Below the pieces are notes generated by a model, which saw only the letters and a list, made by a program, of their open reading frames with translations, was not told the DNA's origin and did no database searches. Position numbers and translations under genes: made by a program. This document shows positions 40,394 through 60,630 of a DNA stretch of 64,000 nt, piece by piece (position 1 is the first letter of the stretch; each line of letters begins with the position of its first letter). Source of the stretch: the human T2T-CHM13v2.0 reference genome, Homo sapiens; assembly GCF_009914755.1 (NCBI RefSeq), contig NC_060940.1, one strand, 5' to 3'.

Positions 40394-41203
40394 TTATTTT
40401 CTTTCTGAGTAGCTAAGACTACAGGCGTGTGCCACCATACCAGGCTAATTTTTAAATTTCTTGTAGAGTCAGGGTCTTACTATGTTGCCCAGGCTGGCAA
40501 TTTTAAACTTAAATTGGATAAATTACTCACCATTCTTCAGCTGAGGAGGCAGCAAGGGACAAAAGTAAAAGACAGCTACAGACCCTGGTGCCTTCAACAG
40601 GCTTCATGGTAGAAACTGCTAACCCAGTCCTGCATACCCAGTTAGTTTTTTCAACCTGGTAAACCACTATTTCAATCTTGTGGAATGATTACAATAATAC
40701 TAGATTCTGAGAGTTTTTCTCTTGCTCCCTAAATTGAACATTATTATTAATATTTTGTATGACTGTAAAAGCTGTGTAAAATTTCATATCATGTATATTT
40801 TACCACAATTAAAAATAATTACTTAGCCCAGTGCAGTGGCTCACGCTTGTAATTTCAGCACTTTGGAGACTGAGGTGAGAGGATGACTTGAAGCCAGGAG
40901 TGCAAGACCAGCGTGGGCAACATAACGAGACCCACCGCTCTATTAAAAAAAAATCTATATCTATAACTATATCTATATAATATATATAAATATATATACT
41001 TTATATATGTAATATATAAACATATATACACTAAATCATTCTTGAGCAAGCTAATAAAATAAAAAGTAAAAAAAGCAATACAGGCTCATAAAATTAAAAA
41101 CATTATTAGTATTTTTCTGATTATTATTATTTCATGCCTATTACTAAAAAGGACAATATTCTGAGTGCTTCGTATGTATCAGTCATTTTTCTGAATTCCC
41201 TCA

Positions 41204-41350
41204 TATGTATATACATATACACACGTATACATGTACACATGTACATACACACATGCACACGTATACATATACACACGTATACATATACACATACACACAT
41301 ACACATATACACACACACATATATACACACATGCACACACATATATGTGT
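41204..41350. repeat. Long alternating purine-pyrimidine (TA/CA/TACA) tract
   Basis: Read directly; about 145 bp. Confidence 0.9.
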
Positions 41351-41763
41351 AAACTCATTTATTCTTCCTCCGTACATTCAAGGTAGATTGTGGTGCCATC
41401 CCCTTTGATGAAGAAATTGAGGTGGAGAGATGCTATGTAACTTGTCCAAAGTTGTCCTATAAGGAGTTCTCAGAGTTAGGATTTAACCCAGTTCTTTTGT
41501 TCCTAGAGTCTCTGCCCATAACCTCTATACATTCTGCCTTCCAAGGAAGAAGGTTAAAATCATTTGGAATTCTGTTATTCAGACCTAATCCAGTTAATAC
41601 TTTGTAATATAGCCACTGTTTTGGGGGGCATATAATCATATTTGTATGTATGCCTTTTTCCCCCCAAATGGGAACTCATTATACATATTTCTTTGTAACT
41701 TGATTTTTTCACCCAGTTTTTTCCGCATCAGTGAAACTAGGTCAGTTTTAATGGCTACAGTAA

Positions 41764-42113
<350 letters not shown>

Positions 42114-42180
42114 TAACCAGTCTTTCATTCTTGGCCCTTTCTATTGTTTTTTACAATTACTAGCAGCACTTTTTGTTAAA

Positions 42181-42215
<35 letters not shown>

Positions 42216-42647
42216 ATGGAGTCTCGCTCCGTCACACAGGGGTGTGATCACAGCTCATTGCAGCCTTGACCTCCCAGGCTCAAGTGATCCTCCCACCTCA
42301 GCCTTCCGAGTAGCTGAGATTACAGGCTTGTGTCACCATGCTTGGCTAATTTTGGCATTTCCTCCCTCCTCAGCCTCCCAAAGTGTTGGGATTACAGGTG
42401 TGAGCCATTGTGCCCAGCCTAAATTCTTGTAAAGATACCTTTATGCTCCTCTTTTTTTTTCCCTACAGTAAATTCCCAGGCATGCAGTCGCTGGGTCAGA
42501 AGGTGGGCGTGTTTCAAGTTTTTGATGCCTGCTGCCTGTGTCCATGGCAGAGTCTGGACCAATTTACACACTGTAAGGGTGCCACATACCTGTTTCCCTG
42601 TATCTCCAACAGCACTGGGTGTTGTCAGTCTTTTTAACTTACCTTAG

Positions 42648-42938
<291 letters not shown>

Positions 42939-43079
42939 TAGGCTGGTCTCAAACACCTGACTTCAAGTGATCTGCCTGCCTCAGCCTCCCAAAGTTCTGG
43001 GATTACAGGTGTGAGCCACGGCGCCTGACCTCCTTTTCTTCTTGAGGAACCTCCAGTGAGGTGTTCTGCTGCTCTGCTG

Positions 43080-44090
43080 CATTTGCTTGTCCCAAGGTCG
43101 CCAGTGACCTCCGTGTTGCTAAACCCAATGGTCACTTCTCAAGCTGTAATCACTGGCCTTATAGATTGGACACAATGAATCGATCCTTCCTGCTTGACAT
43201 ATGTTCTGCCTTGGTTTCAGGGTGCCACAATCTGTGGGTTTTCTGTCCATCTCTCTGGTCACTCTCATTCAGTCTCCCTTGCTCGTTTTTCTCTTCCCCA
43301 GTCTGCAAACATGGGGGTGCTCCATGGTGGCTTTGTCCTGTGTTCATTTGTTAATTTACCCCCCTTTCATTCACAAGCACATCCAGCCTCCTTGCTTTAA
43401 ATTTGGCCTATATGCCCAAAACTCACAGCTAGGGCTTCTCCCCTGGCAACCAAAGACAGTATTTACGTCTAATTAACATCCTCAAGTGAACTGTTGAAAT
43501 CTGAGTCACCTGCTTCCCACAGCTTTCTACATCTTGAAGCAGTGACAATTCTGTGTCACTCAGGCTAAAATCCTCCGTGCCTTCCTTGACTTCATTTTCT
43601 GTCCCATCAGCACCTCCTGTCTGCATTGCCTTTAGGATATATTCTGGGATCCGACCATCTGTCACTGTGACTGCTGCTGTCACCCATGTCCAAGTCACTT
43701 CTTGACTGTTATTGCAAAGGCCTCTTAATGGGTCTCCCTGCATCTGCTGTTGTCTTCCTATGGAACGGTTCTGAATGCAGCAGCCAGAATAATTCAAACC
43801 AGAAGTCAAATTGTATTGCTACTCCATAAAAACCAAAGTCATTCCCTATGAGCCCACCGGCCCCCTGTGATGCCTTTATGTGTGTCTGCTACTCCTTTGT
43901 TACCTCATCTCAAACATGCTCCTCCGCTTTCCAGATCCCTCGGGCCACAGGTCTCCCTGCTGTTTCTCCAGCCCGGTGCTGCTCTCCTGCCACTGACCCT
44001 TGGCACTGGCCTTAAATCTCTCCTGAAACTGACCCCTTCCAGTCCACTGAAATATCACCTCAGTGAGGCCTTCTTTGATAATACTGTCTT
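43080..44090 (+). mobile_element. L2 fragment
   Basis: ccagtgacctccgtgttgctaaacccaatggtcacttctc...ccttgacttc...cagcagccaga...tcagtgaggccttc. Confidence 0.7.
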
Positions 44091-44672
44091 CATTTTAATT
44101 TAATTTAATTTTCTAGAGATGGGATCTCACTATGTTGACTAGGCTGGTCTTGAACTCCTGGCCCCAAGCAATCTTCCTGCCTTGGCCTCCCAAATGCTGG
44201 GATTACAGGTGTGAGCCACTGTACCTGGTCATGCCTTTTAAAAAAGGCATGTAATTCAGGGATTTTAAAATGATTTTTAAAAATCATTAATTCAGTGATT
44301 TAAAAAAACATTACTGAGTCATGCAGTCATTGCCATGAATTTTTCAATCGCCCCAGTGAGATCCTTTGTGCCCATTTATAGTGAATTCCCCTTTCCACCT
44401 CCAGCCCCTGGCAACCACGAATCTACTTTGTGTCTCTGTAGATTTACCTTTCCTGGACATTTTATAGAAATGGAATCATACAGCTGGGCACAGTGGCTCA
44501 TGCCTGTGATCTCAGTGCATTAAGAGGCTGAGGCGGGGGCAGGGGATGGATGGGGTTCGAGACTAGCCTGGGCAACATAGTGAGACCCTCTACAAAAAAT
44601 AGGAAAATTAGCCAGGTGTGGTTGTCCACACCTGTAGTCCCAGCTACTCAGGAGGGTGAGGCAGGAGGATTA

Positions 44673-44768
<96 letters not shown>

Positions 44769-45344
44769 TTATTATTATTTTTTTGAGATGGAGTCTCACT
44801 CTGTTGCCCAGGCTGGAGTGCAGTGGTGCATCTCAGCTCACTGCAACCTCCGCCTCCTGGGTTCAAGTGATTCTCCTGCCTCCGCCTCCTGAGTAGCTGG
44901 GATTAAAGGCATGTGCCACTGTGCTTGGCTAATTTTTTTGTATTTTTAGTAGAGATGGGATTTCACCATGTTGGCCAGGCTGGTCTTGAAATCCTGATCT
45001 TAAGTGATCCACCCACCTCAGCCTCCCAAAGTGTTGGGATTACAGGCGTGAGCCACCGCTCTTGGCCCCCTGTCTCTTAAAAAAAAAAAAAAATAGGACC
45101 ACACGTATTGTATATTGTGGCCTTGAAAAAACTGTCTTAATTGTGACTACTCCTCCCCAGCATTCCCTGTTTCTCTTCTCTGCTTTATTTTCTTGTAAGC
45201 GGTTCTCCCCATATACTACTGTTTATTTTGTTTATTTTTCTCATTCATTGTCCTCCACAAATAGAATGTAAGGTCTATGGGGGCAGGCGTTTTGTGAATT
45301 TTGTTCACTTTTGTGTACCTACAACACAAAACCATGAATACATG

Positions 45345-45349
<5 letters not shown>

Positions 45350-45381
<32 letters not shown>
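45350..45381. repeat. (CA)n microsatellite
   Basis: Read directly from the sequence. Confidence 0.9.
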
Positions 45382-45383
<2 letters not shown>

Positions 45384-47293
45384 CGTTGAAAGAGTGACTT
45401 TCTCCTCTAATTACTGAGGATGAACGTCTTTTCCTGTGACTTAGGTCTTTGCAGCCAGTGTCCGGCTCACCTCGGAGGCTGACAGCAGGGCCAGTGTGGT
45501 GCGTGCTGCCCACTCCGGCGAGGCTATGGGCTGAGCCCAGTTCCAGCCGCCAAATGCAAGCCGTTGTTTCATTTTGCCCTGATCGAGTTGCAGTTACATC
45601 AGCGACTACTGTTTTTTTGATTGGCACCAGATGCCAGGCTTTGGGATTTCAGGCTGTCTTTAGCGGTCTCTGAAAAGCCCTCTGTGTGTCGCTTTCTATC
45701 ATCCTGCACCTCAGGCAGATATGCCCAGGCCAGAACCTCAAGGAATTCCCAAAGATGCCAAAAGCAACCCCCTCCCTCAGCCCCACACCCTCAACTTCTC
45801 AAAGTTGCAGCCGGGGCCCTTTTCCTGGCTTTGGTATCAGCTGAGAGCTGTTGGAAAGAAAAGGTCCTTTTAGCCACAAGTCTCAAAAAGTAAACACGGA
45901 GGCCCTGCAACGAATGTTCCAACAATCCTGCCCCCTGTGTCACTGAGTGCTGGCTGAGAGGCTGCCTTGTGGAGCCTCACCTGAAGAGAGAAGAAAAGCT
46001 CTCTGTCAGGATTCCCTTCCCCTGGTCCAGGCTGCTGCCTCCAGAGTGTTCTGTGAGGTGTCGGCTTTGGAAGTCGGTCAGCCTCGTGGGAACACATATT
46101 TGAGCAAAGGGTGATTCTGCTCCAAATGCTGAATGCTGGCCAAGGCCTTTCCTCTTACTCCTTTTCTACAGGTATATTGTGACTGTTTGCATTTTAGTCT
46201 GCAGTAGGTGGCCAAGACATTTTTTCTCCCCTTTCTTTTCTTTCTTACTTTTTTTTTTTTTTTTTTTGTAGAGATGTAGTCTCACTGTGTCAGGCTGGTC
46301 TCAAACTCCTGGCCTCAAGCAATCCTCCCATCTCGGCCTCCCAAAGAGCTGGGATTATAGGCGTGAGCCACCATGCCCGGCTATTTTTCTTTGTTTTGTT
46401 TTTTTTTTAAATAAGAAACAGGGTCTTACTCTGTCACCCTGGCTAGCGTGCAGTGCCATCATAGCTCAGTGTAGCCTCAAACTTCTGGCTTTAAACGATC
46501 CTCCCACCCCAGCCTCCCGAGTAGCTAAGACCAGAAATGCACACCACTATGCCCAGCTTTTTTGTATTTTTTGTAGAGACAGGGTCTCCCTTTGTTGCCT
46601 GAGCTGGTCTCAAACTCGTGGGCTCAAGCGATCCTTCCACCTCAGCCTCCCATAATGCTGGAGTTACAGGTATGAGCCATCATGCCTGACCCCTGCTTTT
46701 CTTTCCTTCTTAGACTTAAGAGTTTCTTCGTGTTGGGTCAGGGTTTTGTGTGAGAGTTTCTTTCTTCTCTGTAGGGCATTTTCTTAGGATCATGAGCCTT
46801 GCTTGTAGCAGGGGCAGGGCCTGACGCTGATTTATCAGCTTTCGTGCAGTAAGCACCTTTGAATTCCGAGCTAGAGGCTGGCGCTGAAGTGGTGAACAGC
46901 AGACAGCATCCCTGTCCTCCTGGAATTTAGACTCTAGAGAGGAAAACAGAAAGTCGAACAAATGGTGCAAACTATTCCAGTTGTGACAGATGCGATGGAG
47001 CAAAGTACAGGATGATCTGGGAATGCATCATGGGAGACTTTGCCTGGCCTGGGTGGGGTGTGTGTGTGTGTGTGTTTGTGTGTGTGTGTTCATGCATGTG
47101 TGTTTATCAAGGAAGGCTTCCTGGAGGAAGTGACACCTGGACACCAGAAAGAGAAAAAGGAATCGTCTAGAGGAACAAGAGAAAATCATTTTAGGTGGAG
47201 GGAACAGCATGTGGGAAGCTTTGAGGCAGGAACAAGCTGGTTGCTGTCAAGTCACACAGGAGGCCAACGGCAGGGAGGAGGCAGGTGCTAGAT

Positions 47294-47896
<603 letters not shown>

Positions 47897-49017
47897 GTCT
47901 AGAGGTTGAGTCCCTGGAGAAAGACTGGGAAACTTCTCTTCTTTTATTTATTTATTTGTATTTACAAATTTTTTGATTTAAATTTTCTCTTTTTCTTGTG
48001 TTTTTTTTTTTTGAGGTGGAGCCTTGCTTTCTTGCCCAGGCTGGAGTGCAGTGGTGCGGTCTTGTTCACTGCAGCCTGTGCTCCTGGGTTCAAGCGATTC
48101 TCCTGCCTCAGCCTCCCAAGTAGCTGGGATTACAGGTGTGTACCACCACACCTAGCTAATTTTTATATTTTTAGTAGAAAAGGGGTTTTGCCATGTTGGC
48201 CCTGCTGGCCTCGAACTCCTGACCTCAAGTGATCTGCCTGCCCCAGCCTCCCAAAGTGCTGGGATTACAGGCTTGAGCCACCGTGCCCAGCCAAAAATTT
48301 TTGTTAAAACATCACCTTGTCTTCAGAAGAAACTTTTCTGCGAAATCAGGTTACCATTAGTGTAGGGTTATATTTGTACAGTTCTAGAAACTTCTTCCAT
48401 TCCTCTTGAGCCTGTGGCACAGGGGCGTTGGGCCATCTTCTCCAAGGGCCTGTGCTGTTTCTCATCAGCCGTGTAGCATTCAGGCCCTAAATGAACACCT
48501 GCTGCAGGCCGGGAATGGTGGCCTTGACCTGGTGACAGGAAAATGAGATTGTTGCCTGAATGTGAGCTGTTTCCTTCCCCTTGCCAAAAACAAAACTGAA
48601 ACACTTCATCTGGTGTTTGGGCCTCTGCTCCGCACCAGTCATTCGGGCGGCTTCCGCCTGACCGTCCATTCCAGCCTCCCAGGTTCTCCCAGGGGAGGTG
48701 CTGTGGCTGCCGGAATAGCCATGTTAACATCAGACCTCATTTATCTCATTGCAGTGTTTAATTTTCCCTCTTCCTTCAGACTACCAGGATTCTTGGAGTA
48801 TTTTTCTTAGTGTAGGAGGCTTATTCTTTGTGGGAGAGTGGTCCGTCAAAAGGGAAGGTAATCCTGGACCAGAGTAAGAGTGTCACAGTCACATAAGTGG
48901 GCAGTTAGTGCCACTATTAGGTACAGAGTGGGACTCTGACTTCAGTGCCTGGCCTGGCCTGGGAGTGCTGTTTATTACATCCAGGACAGTAAGGCACACA
49001 CTTCTCAGAAAATAATA

Positions 49018-49110
49018 TCCCTCCCTCCCTCCCTTCCCCCCTCCCCCTCCCTCCCCCTTCCCTTTGTTCCTTCCTTTTTTCCTTCCTCTTGCCCTTTTCC
49101 TCTCTCCCTC
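49018..49110. repeat. C/T-rich polypyrimidine low-complexity tract
   Basis: (CCCT)n-like run, read directly. Confidence 0.85.
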
Positions 49111-49266
49111 AATTAATTAATGTTTATAACACATGTATTGCATGAATTCATTCTCTTGGAGGGAGGAATCCCCAAACCCTCTTGAGTGGATAGAGTGCAT
49201 CTGTATATATTTGAAAAGATTCATAGATTACAAGTGAAAAATCAAAGGGCAGAGCTTTGGGCCTAG

Positions 49267-49455
<189 letters not shown>

Positions 49456-49639
49456 TGACTAATTTTTGTATTTTTGGTAGAGATGGGGTTTCACTTTGTT
49501 GGCCAGGCTGGTCTCGAACTCCTGAGCTCAGGTGATCCACCCACCTCAGGCTCTGGGATTACAGGCATGAGCCACTGTGCTCGGCCTTGCATCTGTAGCT
49601 TTTATGTGTATATTTGTGCTTGTGTTTGCAATGACTTCA

Positions 49640-50086
<447 letters not shown>

Positions 50087-50128
50087 TTATTTTGAAAGCT
50101 AATATTATTTATTGTAAAGACGATATGA

Positions 50129-50497
<369 letters not shown>

Positions 50498-50510
50498 TAA
50501 AAGTAGAAGC

Positions 50511-51549
<1,039 letters not shown>

Positions 51550-52799
51550 CTACCTGTCCTTCATCTTTAGCTCCCATCTTTTGGGGAAGTATTTGCAAGA
51601 AAATCTCATGCCTTGTGTCATTTCACTTGTTGACACTCCTGCATACATGTCTAATGTTTAACTGAAATGGAAATTATGAAAAAAAAAAAAACTACTGTGG
51701 AATTAATGGAAATTGAACAAAGAAAATCTTTGTTTCATAATCTTACTGCTCAAACACAACTTATCATTTTTCCCTGGTTCATTTATTTCTTTGCCCCTTT
51801 GTATACTTATTTTTACATGATTTTAGTAATAGGGTGCATTCTATAATGTCAGAGGTTGCAGTGAGCCAAGATCGCGCCACTGCACTCCAGCCTGGGCGAC
51901 AGAGACTCCATCTCAAAAAAAATAAAAACTTAACTTTGTGGTATGAATAATTTTCCATGTTGTTGTATACGCTTTATAATCACTAATCCAAATCTTAATT
52001 GGGGCATAATAGGTCCCTCATCTGAAATTATAATTTGTAAAAAAACTCCAATGTATACAAGGGAATTTTTTTAAAAGCAGAATTGTAACCTTAAAAAATA
52101 ATTTTCTAAGAGGACTCCTACATTTTGCTCTGCAAAGAACATTTAAAAGGAGGTTTGTTCTTTGGAAGGTGTTTATAAACATGGCTTTGATACCTGGCAA
52201 CTGAGAGAGGCGGTTGTGGCCGCTGCGGTTCCCTGAGGGCACAGAGCATGGGTGATCTGTTGGAGCCAGGCAGGGCCTGGGCAGGGGATTAATGGTGTGG
52301 CAGGGACTCTCCCTCCCCTCGGAGATGAGGAGCACTAATGACAAGGCAGCAGTAATGATGTGAACTGATAATTTATTCTAAAGACTTAACCTTCCCAGAT
52401 CTGTATTTATTTCCCCAGGTACCTTTTAAAAAATTAAAATATGCTACGGCTTGAGAGATTTACCAAGACGGATGAAATCTTTGTATCTTGTTTTAAGAGG
52501 ATCCACAGCTGGTTCCCGAGACTCCTTCTGGGGTACCTTGTTACGTGGGTGACTGTAATGGGTAACTGGTGCTGAATTGTGTGTGCATATGTACTTTTTT
52601 TTTTAAGTAAAGGAAAATGTGTGTAGCTGGATGGGCCTTGCCTATAGAGCACTGGGACCCTGAATCAAGAGAAATAAGGGTGGTCCTGGTTGGTGAGTCC
52701 GTTATGTACTGAAATGAGGACATGAGTGCCTAATCCACCTTCCTTTCTTTCCCTCCTCCTAAGGGCAGATGCCCCATCCATGCTTAGAGGCTCCCCTTT

Positions 52800-54400
<1,601 letters not shown>

Positions 54401-54505
54401 AACCTCCTGGGTTCAAGTAATCCTCTTGTCTCAGCCTCCTGAGTAGCTGGGACCATAGGCACACGCCACTGCGCCCAGCTAATTTTTTTTTTTTTTTTCA
54501 GATAG

Positions 54506-54688
<183 letters not shown>

Positions 54689-57509
54689 TAGGTGGGTCTT
54701 GAACTCCAGCGCTCAGGCGATCTTTCTGCCTTGGCCTCCCAAAGAGCTGGGATTACAGGCGACAACCACCATGCCCGGCCTAGTTTTTTTCTGTTTTATA
54801 GAGATGAGGGTCTCACTTTGTTGCCCAGGCTGGTCCCAAACTGGTCTCAAGCCATCCTCCTGCCTCGGCCTCCCAAAGTGTTGGGATTACAGGGATGAGC
54901 CACTGTGCCCAGCCCAGGAAATGTTTCCTGAATAAATGAACAAGAAACAGAGAAAAAGTTTGTAAACTGGCTTTGTAAAAATGAGGCTATTTTCTCTAGA
55001 AGAGTTCATACAACCCTCAGGAGACCAAAACTTTAATTTAGCAATGATAAAGGGTAGATTCCCAGCGGTAGTAGCCCAAAGAAGAGACTGCAAGACCAAG
55101 CCAGAGTTCTCATTACATTCTGGGTTCTGGGTAAGACCCTGCCAGAGTGTGAGTGTTGGGGGGCCGCGGGGAGGTGGAGTGAGCAGAGTCAGCATTGGTG
55201 CCCCAACAGGAATACCAGTGTTCACTGTTGGCCTAGCTGGGTAGAAGAGACTTTCTGTTGTTAGGCTCTGGCTAAGGTTGGAAGCCGAAGAGCCATCGTA
55301 ACAGTAAATCCTGGAATCATCTGGCTTCCTTTACTGCAAAGGAAATGTGAAAGAGCCTTCTCTCTAGACCTGGGGTGGACTCCAGCCTGTGTGTGTCTGA
55401 GTTTCAGGGAACTGGGGAATGGAAAGGAGACTGTTTACTCTCTGCCCTTCTGGAATTTCCCCCGGTTCCCTTCCTCTGTGTACCAGTGTTTGCAGTTATG
55501 TGTAGAATGAACACGGGCCTGTTAATGAAGTGCTGCTTACTCTCACCCGCTTTTGATGGGCCTATGGGATTGAGGGCAGAGGGAGGCAGGAAGAAGGAGG
55601 CTTGTTTCACTAAGCAGGTCTTATGTTAATGGCCAAATCAGTCACATCTTCATCGGGCTTCAGAGACTCTTAATCCTGGCGTCCTTGGCCTCCCTTTAAA
55701 AAATTCTCCTTTCTTTCTTGTTTCATGTTTCTCAAATTTCCAGGTAAATCCTATCATTTGTATTCTGAATTAGGAACCAAAAGAAAACAGAACTATTTTT
55801 CCTTTGACATGCACATACATTTCGGTGGTATGGGGTGGGGAGGGACAATAATGAGAAAATACCCCAAACTAGAAAGTTCTTTCGTACATTTGCTGTGAAA
55901 CTCTCCAGGCAAGAGTTCTGGATTTTGTAACGGAATTGCATTATAGTAGCATGGTCTGGCAGTTACAGTTTATGTAGTTTTTTTTCTTTTGTTGGAATAA
56001 GGACGGCAATTTCCATGCCCTATTTATCTATATTTATTAGTACCACATGCAAACAACATATTTTTAAAAATCCAGGTCAAGAAAGGGAAAAAGTAACTCT
56101 TAGAAAAATATGACTCATCCTTGCTGCACGTACAAACTCTTCTCAATAGGAAATTATTAACTTGAAGCCACTTGCAAATCTGAGGCTTTGAAGGGAGGAA
56201 AAATAAGAGTGAGAGTTATTCCCCAAACAGCTTGACTGATGTGTCTTCTACCTTTTTATATTTTAAACTATATTTTGTCAAATTCTTGCAAGTTTTTATT
56301 GTTATAGTTGCTGTTAGTACCTTAGGCATGCTGGCATGGAAAAAAACAAAACCTTTTTTTTTTTTTTTTTTTTTGAGACAGTGTCACTCTGTCACCCAGG
56401 CTGGAGTGCAGTACCCTGATCTCAGCTCACTGCAGCCTTGACCTCCTGGGCACAAGCGATTATTCCGCCTCAGCCCCCCAAGTAGTTGGGAGTATAGGCA
56501 GGTACCACCACGCCCAGCTAATTTTTGTGTTTTTAATAGAGGCAGGGTTTCACCATGTTGCCCAGGCGGGTCTCGAACTCCTGAGCTCAAGCGAACCATC
56601 TGCCTCGGCCTCCCAAAGTGCTAGGATTACAGGTGTGAGCCACTGCGCCCTGCCTTCTTTGTTTGTTTGTTTGTTTTGTTTTGTTTTGTTTTGTTTGATA
56701 GTGGCCAGTTACTAGAACAAAAACTGTTATAGGAAATGTGAAACATACACAGAGGTGGAAAAACAGTCGATGAATCCCCACATGCCATTACCCAGTTCAG
56801 TAGCCATCTATGACGGGCCATTCCTGTCTCATCTAACTTCCCATCCCACCCCTGCTGGATTAATTTTATGAAAATCCCAGACATACTTCAACTATAAATA
56901 TTAATATTTTAGTGTATTTCTCTAAAAGATAAGAACTCTTAAAAACCCAACCCATGATGCCAATTTCATACCTAGAAAACTCAATGGTAATCATTTAATA
57001 TTTTGAACTATCTAGTCAGTTTTTACATGTCCCCAGTTGTAGTGTAACCCTTTCATTTTATTTTTAAAAAATTTTTAATGTTTTTTGAGACAGAGTCTCA
57101 CTCCATCACTCAGTCCGGAGTGCAGTGATATGGATCTCAGCTCACAGCAACCTCTGCCTCCTGGGTTCAAGTGATTCTTGTGCCTCAGCCTCCCAAGTTA
57201 GCTGGGATTACAGATGTGTGCCACCACACCTGGCTAATTTTTGTATTTTTAGTAGAGATGGGGTTTTGCCATGTTGGCCAGGCTGGCTTGAACTCCTGAA
57301 CTCAAGTGATCTGCCTGCCTTGGCCTCCCAAAGTGCTGGGATTACAGGTGTGAACCACTGTGCCTGGCCCAACCTTTTTATTTTTTATTTTTATTTTTCG
57401 AGATGGGATCTTGCTCTCTTGCCTAGGCTGGAGTGCAGTGATGCAAACATGGCTCAGTGCAGCCTTGACCTTCTGGGCTCAAGTGATTCTCCTGCCTAGC
57501 CTCCCATGA

Positions 57510-57689
<180 letters not shown>

Positions 57690-58499
57690 TAAGCCATCGG
57701 TTTGTCTGAGTCAGGAACCAAACAAGATTGATATATCTTTTCAGTCTCTCTTAACTTAGAGGTAGTCCTCCCTCTTTTTACTCCTTGCAGTGTGTTGTTG
57801 AAGAAACTGGACAGCGTGTCCTTTACAGTTTCCCACACTTTGGATTTTGCTGTGTGTCTCCCTAAAGTGTGGGTCTGTGTGTCTCTCTGTCCCTCATGGG
57901 CAGATCTAGAGGCTGAGACTGACCTTGGTTCTTTTTTTTCTCTGGTGTGGTGATATGTGTTTCCATCAGGAGGCACATGGTGTCTGATTGTCTCTCTTGG
58001 TATGCTGGCTTTTAAAGGGCTGTCTTTCAAAGGGCACAGTCCCTGGGGACTTCCCAGAGTCTTTTCCCTAGATTCTCATATTCAGCCTTACTGCTGTCTG
58101 TCGACCTCCATAAAGTAGCATTAGAAGGTATTGGTAACCAGTTATTACTTAGAACAGAAGGGTGCAGTCGTATAGCTGAAGAAGTATGTTTGCTGATTAC
58201 TGAAGTTAGCATGAGCTTAGGCCTTTGGCTTTCTTGCTGAAACCTGAGCCTCTTGCCAGCTGAATATTTTCATTATATATGTTCCATTTAGTCCTAATTG
58301 AATCAGACTTCCTCTAGCCATGCTCTAAATTGGCACTGTTTGCAGCCCCTGCCTGTGACTTGCCCAAAGCTTTGATTCCAAGAGATCAGTGGCCCTGCGG
58401 GGCCTGGCTGATGTGCTCGGTGGGGAGTCCTGGGGCTTTCTAACTCATGCTAGGGAGGAGGCCAGGGTAGAATCTTCTTAGACACTGTGTTTCTTAAAG

Positions 58500-59525
<1,026 letters not shown>

Positions 59526-60330
59526 ACGGATGTGAACAGCACGGATGCAGATAGAGCAGGGCTTGATGAGCTTGAGGGGAGCTTGTGAGCTTCCTATATG
59601 CTAACTCAGATTCCAGTTATGGAAATGGACTCACTAAACCTACTTTTTCATGGGTTTCTTGATTTTGAGCAATGCCTCCAAAGGCAGCAGGAAGACATAC
59701 TGGAAGAGAAAGGGCCTCTGTAGAGCCGTCTGCACAGCTGTAGTGAAAACAGAGGGCCCCAGAGGTGAGGTGGCTAAGACTGCTATTTATAACTAAGGTT
59801 CTAGTATATGTTTTCCAGCCACACTTACGCCTTTCAGCCTCCCCTGTATGCTCGAATCTGTCACTCAATTAGCTAATGGTTTCTTTAGTCCCATTATGTA
59901 TTATAGGGTTCCTCTGGCTCAATTTTTTTAAAAAGCAAATAATGAGGTGTTCTGTTCTCTGAAGTTTAATTTTTTAAATAACCTTGCCAATTTAAAAAAA
60001 CCTTTCCCCAATGTTTAATTATGAAATTTGCAAACATATGGAAGAATTGAAAGAGTGATACAGTGAACACCCAAATGCCATCCACCTATTTCTGGCTCTT
60101 GTTAACATTTTTTTGCCAAATTTGTTTTATCTATATGTTATTATAGTATATGGCTGGGTGTATTTTTTTTCCTGAGCCGTTTGAAGGTAAATTGCAGATA
60201 TCATGACACTTTAATCCCCAAAACTTCACCCTATTCTTCTAAAAAGTCACTTGAAAATAACTGCATATATCATTCTCATCTACTCTTGCGTCTCCCAAGA
60301 ATAAGACATGCTCATATAAAACCAAAGTAA

Positions 60331-60630
<300 letters not shown>

